Shown here: positions 56,679 to 64,000 of the stretch, piece by piece
Layout of the letters: each line of letters opens with the position of its first letter
Numbering within the stretch: the first letter of the stretch is position 1
NCBI RefSeq assembly: GCF_009914755.1
Contig: NC_060936.1
Strand: one strand, 5' to 3'
Length of the DNA: 64,000 nucleotides
Source of the DNA: the human T2T-CHM13v2.0 reference genome, Homo sapiens
The notes under the pieces: generated by a model
What the model was told of the DNA's origin: nothing
What the model saw: the letters and a program-made list of their open reading frames with translations, nothing else
Database searches by the model: none
Position numbers and translations under genes: made by a program

Positions 56679-59600
56679 CTCCCACAGCTAGCTCGGTGCC
56701 TGCCCAAACAGCTGCCCAGTTTTGTGCTTGAAATCCAGGGCCCTGGTGGTGTAGGCACACGAGGGAATCTCCTGGTCTGCAGATTGCAAAAACCATAGGA
56801 AAAGTGCAGTATCAGGGCCGGATAGCACAGTCCCTCACGGCTTCCCTTGGCTGGGGGAGAGAGGTCCCCAGCTCCTTGCACTTCCCAGGTGAGGAAATGC
56901 CCCACCCTGCTTCTGCTCACCCTCTGTGGGCTGCACCCGCTGTCTAACCAGTCCCAATGACATGAGCTGGGTACCTCAGTCAGAAATGCGGAAATCTCCC
57001 ACCTTCTGCCTTTGTCTCACTGGGAGCTGCAGACCAGAGCTGTTCCTATTCGACCATCTTGCCAGGTCTGTACCACGTTTTCTTTATCCATTCATCCATC
57101 AGTGGGCACTTAAATTGGTTCTATTCCTTGGCCATGTGAATAATGCTGCAATGAACATGAAAATGCAGATATCTCTTTGATATACTGATTTCATTTCCCT
57201 TGGAAATAGACCCTTTAATAGGACTACTGGATCATATGGTAGTTCTATTTTTAATTTTTTTGAGGAACCTCCATACTGTTTTCCATAATGGCTGTGCTAA
57301 TTTACATTCCAGGGTTCCCATTTCTCCAAATTCTCTTCTACACTTATCTTCCGTCTTTTTCATATAGCCATTCTAACAGTTGTGAAGTAATACCTGATTC
57401 TAGTCTTAATTTGCATTTTGCTGATAATTAGTAATTTTGAGCATTTTTCATCACCCTTTGGCCATTTGTATGTCTTCTTTTGAGAAATGTCTCTTCAGAT
57501 CCTTTGAATTTCTAATTGGGTTATTTGTTTTGTTACTATTGTGTTGTTTGAGTTCCTTATATATTTTGGATATTACCCTCTTATCAGATGTATAATTTGC
57601 AAATATATTCTCTCATTCCACAGGTTAACTCTTCATTCTGTTGATTGTTTCCTTGGTTGTGCAGAAGCTTTTTAGTTTGATACACTCCCGTTCTTCTAGT
57701 TTTTGCTTTTGTTGCCTGTGCTTTTGCGTTCATATACAAAAAATTATTCCCCAGACCAATGTCATGGAATTTTCACCCTGTTTTCTTCTAGTAGTTTTAG
57801 AGAGAAATTTCATACTCTTTAGTTATCACCTTCCCAAACCTCCCCCTCCCCATCAATAAGCAACTGCAAATCTACTTTTTGTCTCTATAGATTTGACTAT
57901 TCTGGTAGTTTTAAATGGAATCATATAATATGTGTTTTTTTGTGTCTGACTTCTTTCACTTAGCACAATCTTTTCAAGGTTTACCCATGTTATAGCATGT
58001 ATCAGAACTGTATTTCTTTTTACAATCAAATAATTTTCCATTGTATGGATATATAATACTATATTTTGTTTATTTATCCATCAGTTGATGAGTATTTGAG
58101 TTGTTTCCACTTTCTGGCTATTATGAATAATGCTTTCATAAAGATTCCTGTACAGATTTTTGCATGAACATATATTTTTGTTTCTCCTGGGTAGATCTGT
58201 AGGGTGGAATTGCTGGATCATATGATATCTCTATGTTTAACAATTTGAAGAATTACCCGACTGTTTTCTAAAGTGGCTGTGCCATTTTACATTCCATCAG
58301 CAGGGTTTGGGGGATTCAATTTCTTCACATCTTTGTCAATATTGTTATCTCCAACTTTTTTTATTCTAGCCAATCCTAGTAGGTGTAAAGTGGGTACCTC
58401 ACTGTGGTTTTCATTTACATTTCCCTGAAGACTAATGATGCTGAGCATATTTTTATGTGCTTATTTCTATACCTTCTTTAGATAAATGTCTATTTTCCCT
58501 TGCCCAATCTCTAATTGGGTTATTTGTTTTTTATGAGTTGTAAGAGTTCCTTACACTCTTTAGATAAAAGTCCTTTATTGGATATATGATTTGCAAATAT
58601 TTTCTCGCATTTTGTGCTTTGCTTTTTCACTTCCTGGATTCACCCTTTGAAGCACAAAAGTTTACAATTTGAAGTCTAATTTATAGTTTTCTTTTGTTAC
58701 TTGTGCTTTTGGTGTCATATCTAAGAATCCATGCCAAATCTAAGGTCGTGAAGATTTATTTCTCTGTTTACTTCTAAGAGTTTTACAGTTTTAACTCTTA
58801 CGTTTAGGTCTTTGATCTACGTTGAGTTAATTTTTATGTATGGTTGAGGTAGCTCACATTTCATTATTTTGCATGTGACTACCCAGTTGTTCAATCACTA
58901 TTTGTTCAAAAGACTATTCTTTCCTCATTCAATGGCCTTGGCCCTTTTCTTGAAAATCAGTTTACTGTAGACACATGGTTTATTACTGAACTCTCAATTC
59001 TAATCTATCTTTTTCTATGTGTTCATCCTTATTCCAGGACCACATTGTCTTGATAGTTGTTCCTCTGTGGTAAAATTTAAAATCAGGAAGTATAAATTCT
59101 CCAACTCTGTTCTTCTTTTTCAAAATTGTTTTGGCTATCATGGGTCCTTTGCAATTCCATATGAGTTGTAGAATCAGTTTGCCAATTTCCACAGAAAACG
59201 TCAGTTGGGATTCTGACAGGGATGCATTAAATCTATAGTTCAATTTTCAGAGTATTACCATCTTAACAATACTAAGTCATCTGGTCAATGAACATGAGAT
59301 GTTTTTCTATTTATTTACATCTTCTTTAATTTTTTTCAACAATATTTTATAGCCTCCAGAGAATGTTTTATACTTTTGTTAAATATGTTCCTATATATTT
59401 TATTCTTTTGGTGTCTATTGTAAATGAAATTTTCTTAATTTTATGGTCAGATTGTTCATTGAAAGTGCATGGAAATACAATTGATTTCTATATATTAATC
59501 TTGTATCCTTGAATAAACTGAACTTGTTTATTTTTTCTCATAGTTTTTAGTGGATTTCTTAGGATTTTCTATATGCAAGACCATGCAATTTGCAAAATGA

Positions 59601-62180
59601 CAGTTTACTTCTTCTTTTCCAATCTGGATATATTTTATTTCTTTTTCTTGCCTAATTGCTTTGGTTGGAAATTTAGTATGAAGTTGAAGAGAAGAAGTGA
59701 GAGCAGACATCCTTTTTGTATTCCTGATCTTAAAGGAAAACATTTAGTCTTTCACCATTAAGTATTATATTGGCTGTGAGGTATTTTATAGATGTCTTTT
59801 ATCAGGTTGAGGAAGTTTCTTTCTAGTCTTTGTTTGTTGTGTGTTTTTATAATGAAGAGTTTTGGATTTTATCCAATGCTTTACCTGCATCTATCAAGAT
59901 GCTTATGTGGTTTTTGTTGTTTATTCTACTGATACGGTGTATTACATTAATTGATTTTCAGATGTTAGATTAACCTTTCCCTTGTACTCCTAAGATAAAT
60001 GATATCCCAATTGGGTATGGTGTATAACTTCCTTATATGTTGCTAGATTTGATTTGCTAATTTTTTTGGAGGATTTTTGCGTCCATATTCATAAGGGATA
60101 TAGGTCTTTAGTTTTCTTTTCTTTGTCTAGTTTTGGTATCAAAGAATGGGTTGGGAAGTGTTCCTTCCCCTTCTATATTCTTTAAGTGTTTGACAAAATT
60201 GACCCACAAAGCCATTTGAGCTTTGGATTTTCTTTCAGAGTAGTTTCTTGATCACTAATTCAATCTCATGACTTGTTATAGGTCTATTCAGATTGCTTGT
60301 TTCTTCTTGAGTCTGTTTAGGTAGTTCGTGGCTTTACAGGCATGTGTCTATTTCATCTCATTATCTAATTTATTGGCATAAAATGGTTCACGATGTTCCT
60401 TTATAATTCCTTCTTATTTTTGTAAGGTCAGTAGTAATTTCTCCTCTTCATTTCTGATTTTAGTAATTTGAGGCTCCTCTCTTTTTCTCTTTTGCAAATT
60501 AGCTAAAGGTGTGTCAGTTTTGTTGATCTGCACAAAGAATCAGCTTTCGGTTTCATTGATTTTGTGTATTCATTTCCTATTCTCTGTTTCATCAATTTTC
60601 CTTTAAACTTTATTATTTTGTTCTTCTCTTTGCTTTTGGTTTAGTTTGTTCTTCTTTCCAGTGCCTTAAGGCAGAAATTTATGTTATTTGTGTTATCTTT
60701 CTTCTTTTTAATATAGACATTTACAGCTATAAATTTCCTTCCAAGCACTGCTTTAGCAGCATTACATAAATTTTGGTATATTGTGTTGACAGTTTCATTC
60801 ATCTCAAAGTATTTTCTATTTTTTCTTTTGATATCTTTTTTGACCCATTGGTTATTTAGGAATAGGTTATTTAATTTCAATATATGCTTAAATTTTCCAC
60901 ATTTTTTGGTTCATTCCTAATTTTATTTCATTGTAGCTAGATAATATACTTTGTATTATTTCTATCCTCTTAAATTTGTTGAGGTTTGTTTTATGGCACA
61001 GCTTATGGTCTATCATGGAGAATGTTCCATATGCACTTGAGACAAATGTATATTCTGAGTTTAGGGGTGGAGTGTTCAATAGTGCCTGTTTTAATATGTT
61101 TATAATGTTGCTCAAGTCTTCTGTTTGTTGGTATTCTGCCTAGTTTTTTTATCCATTATTAAAAGCAAGTTATTAAAGTCTCTAACCATTTTTGTTGATT
61201 TGTCTGTTTCTTTCCTCATTTCTGTCAGTTTTGTTTCACATATTTTGGTGTTCTGTTGTTTGATACATATATAGTTGTTATATCTTCTTGATGGATTGAC
61301 CCTTTTATCATTATAAAAATTCTCCTTTATCTCCAGTGACATGTTTTGTTTTAAAGTCTATTTTGTTTGATATTAGTATAGACACTCTAGTTTTCTTGTG
61401 ATTTTTATTTGCATGATACATCTTTCCCATTTTTTTACTTTCAATTAATTTGTATCTTTGATTCTAAAGTATGTCTCCTAAAGATAACATATAGTTGGAT
61501 CTTGTTTTCCATCTAGTTTCATAGTCTCTGTCTATTGATTGGACTTCTTAATCTATTTACATTTAATGTTATTGTTGATATAGTTGAATTTATGTCTGTC
61601 ATTTTACTGTTTGTATTCTAAATATTTCATGTCTTTTGTTTCTCCCCTCTTTTACTGCTTTCTTTTGCAACAAGTGAATATTTTCTAATGTAGCATTTTA
61701 ATTTATTTAATGATTTTTTTTCTTTCCAACTTTTATTTTAAGTTCAGGGGTTACATATGTAGGTTTGTTACATGGGTAAATTATATGTTGTGGGGGTTAG
61801 GTGTACAGATTATTTCATCACTCAGGTATAATAAGCATACTATCCAATAGGTAGTTTTTTGGTCTGCACCCTTTTCCCATCCTCCACCCTCAAGTAGGCC
61901 CCAGTATCCATTCTTCCCTTTTTTGTGTTCATGTGTACTCAATGATTAGCTCCAATTTATACATGAAAACATGTGGTGTCTAGTTTTCTGTCCCTGTGTG
62001 AATTTACCTAAGATAATGGTCTACAGCTCCATCCATGTTGCTGCAAAGGACATGATTTCATTCTTTTTCATGGCTGCATGATATTCCATGGTGTATATGT
62101 ACCATATTTTCTTTATGCAGTCCACTGTTGATGGGCATTTAGGTTGATTCCAGGTCTTTACTACTGTGAATAGTGCTGTG

Positions 62181-62469
62181 GGCTGGGTGTGGTGGCTCAC
62201 GCCTATAATCCCAGCACTTTGGGAGGCCAAGGAGGGTGAATCACCTGAGGTCAGGAGTTTGAGACCAACCTGGCCAACATGGCAAAACCCCGTCTTTACT
62301 AAAAAAAAAAAAATTGGCTGGGCATGGTGGTGCATGCCTGTAATCTCAGCTACTTGGGAGGCTGAGGCAGAAGAATTGCTTGAACCCAGGAGGTGGAGTT
62401 GGGAGTGAGCTGAGATTGTGCCACTGTACTCCAGCCTGGGTGTCAGAGGGAGACTCCACCTCAAAAAAA
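62181..62469 (+). mobile_element. AluS (Sx-like) in an L1
   Basis: Full Alu; 12-bp TSD aatagtgctgtg (62169-62180 and 62470-62481). Confidence 0.95.
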
Positions 62470-63766
62470 AATAGTGCTGTGATTAATATATATGTGTGTG
62501 TGTTTTTATGGTAGAATAATTTATATTCTTTTGGGTGTGTACCCAGAATGGGATTGCTGGATAAAATGGTAGTTCCATTTTTAAGTTCTTTGAGAAATCT
62601 ACAAACTGCTTTCCACATGGCTGAATTAATTTACATTCCCACCAGCAGTGTGGAAGCATTTTCTTCTCTCCACAACCTTACCAGCATCTGTTATTTTTTG
62701 ACTTTTTAGTAATAGCCATTCTGACTGGTGTAAGATGGTATCTCATAGTGGTTTTGATTTGCATTTCTCTAATGATTAGGATGTTGAGCATTTTTTCATA
62801 TGTTTGTTGGCCACATGTATGTCTTTTTTTGAGGAGCATATATGCATGTTTTTGCCTATTTTTAAATGGAGTTGTTTGGTTTTTGCTTGTTAATTTGTTT
62901 AAGTTTCTTTGAGATTCTGCATATTAGACCTATGTCAGATGCACAGATTGCAAATATTTTCTTTCATCCTGTAGGCTGTCTGTTTACTCTGTTTATAGTT
63001 TATTTTGCTGTGCAGAAGTTCTTTAGTGTAGTTAGGTCCCACTTGCCAATTTTTTTTTCAATTGCTTTTGGAGTCTTTATCATGAAATCTTTGCCAGGGT
63101 CTATGTCCAGAATGATATTTACTAGGTTTTCTTCTAGGGTTTTTATAGTTTTAGGTTTCACATTTAAGTATTTAATCTACCTTGAGTTGATTTTTGTATA
63201 TAGTGAAAGGAAGGGGTCCAGTTAAAATCTTCTGCATATGGCGAGCCAGGTAACCCGCACCATTTATTGAATAAGAAATCCTTTCCCCATTGCTTGTTAC
63301 TGTTGACTTTGCTGAAGATCAGATGGTTATAGGTGTGCGGCTTTATTTCTGGGTTCTTTATTCTGTTCCATTGGTCTATGTGTCAGTTTCTGTAGCAGTA
63401 CCATGCTGTTTTGGTTATTGTAGCATTATAGTATAGTTTGAAGTCAGGTATTGTGATGCCTCTGGTTTTGTTCTTTTTGCTTAGGATTGCTTTGGCTATT
63501 CAAGCTCTTTTTTGGTGTCATATGAATTTTATAATAGTTTTTCCTAATTCTGTGAAAAATGTCATTGGTAGTTTGATAGGAATAACATTGAAGCTGTAAT
63601 TGCTTTGGAAAGTATAGCCATTTTAACAATATTGATTCTTCCTATCCATGAGCATGGAATGTTTTCCCATTTGTTTGTGTCATCTCTGATTTCTTTCAGC
63701 AGTGTTTTGTAATTCTCATTGTAGAGATGATTCACCTCCCTGATTAGCTGTACTACACCTAGGTAT

Positions 63767-63805
63767 TGTGTGTGTGTGTGTGTGTGTGTGTGTGCTTGTG
63801 TGTGT
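63767..63805. repeat. (TG)n microsatellite
   Basis: tgtgtgtg run inside L1. Confidence 0.95.
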
Positions 63806-63892
63806 TGCTGCTGTGAATGAGATTACAATCTTGATTTGCTCTCAGCTTGGAAGTTGTTGGTGTGTAGGAATACTACTAATTTTTATACATTG

Positions 63893-64000
63893 CTTTTGTT
63901 TTTTTTTTATCCCCTTAAGCATTTATCCTTTCTGTTAGAAACCGTCCAATTAAACTCTTTAAGTTATTTTAAATGGTACAATTAAGTTATTATTGGCTAT
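63893..64000 (-). mobile_element. L1MA-type 3' end, cut by window edge
   Basis: Poly-T then cttaagcatttatccttt..tccaatta..ctctttaagttattttaaa..tacaattaagttattattg. Confidence 0.7.

Larger units (their letters stand above)
61716..63890 (-). mobile_element. Older L1PA (PA13-16-like) 3' portion
   Basis: ttccaacttttattttaagttcaggggttacat..ggtttgttacatgggtaaatt 3' end, then ORF2 3' sequence. Confidence 0.85.

Overview
Primate (human-like) genomic DNA, non-coding and dominated by interspersed repeats: Alu, MIR, L2, L1, solo LTRs (THE1/MST/MLT1, MER41, LTR33, MER74, LTR1/27-type) and DNA transposon remnants (Tigger2a, MER5, MER20, MER58, MER63). I see no credible host protein-coding exon. Nearly all ORFs in the track are repeat-derived or chance; the only recognisable protein sequence is the decayed ORF1/ORF2 of L1 elements. 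The main non-repeat feature is a small CpG-rich promoter-like region at about 31.76-32.15 kb, with two RFX X-boxes, an ETS site and candidate splice donors on both strands. A second promoter-like cassette (CCAAT, CRE-like, GT box, ETS, strong donor) lies on the minus strand at about 19.05-19.21 kb. The last 14 kb is a nest of five minus-strand L1s, including a full-length 6.5 kb L1PA7/8-type element with TSDs and an open ORF0-like frame. The best structural observations are an L1 3' transduction at 37.27-37.79 kb, a locally templated insertion at 1.28-1.38 kb copied from about 2.53-2.70 kb, and a higher-order (CT)n VNTR at 14.94-15.34 kb. I cannot name the gene or locus, and I found no new multi-gene system. 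Repeat subfamily names come from my recall of consensus sequences and need RepeatMasker/Dfam confirmation. Boundaries without TSDs are approximate.
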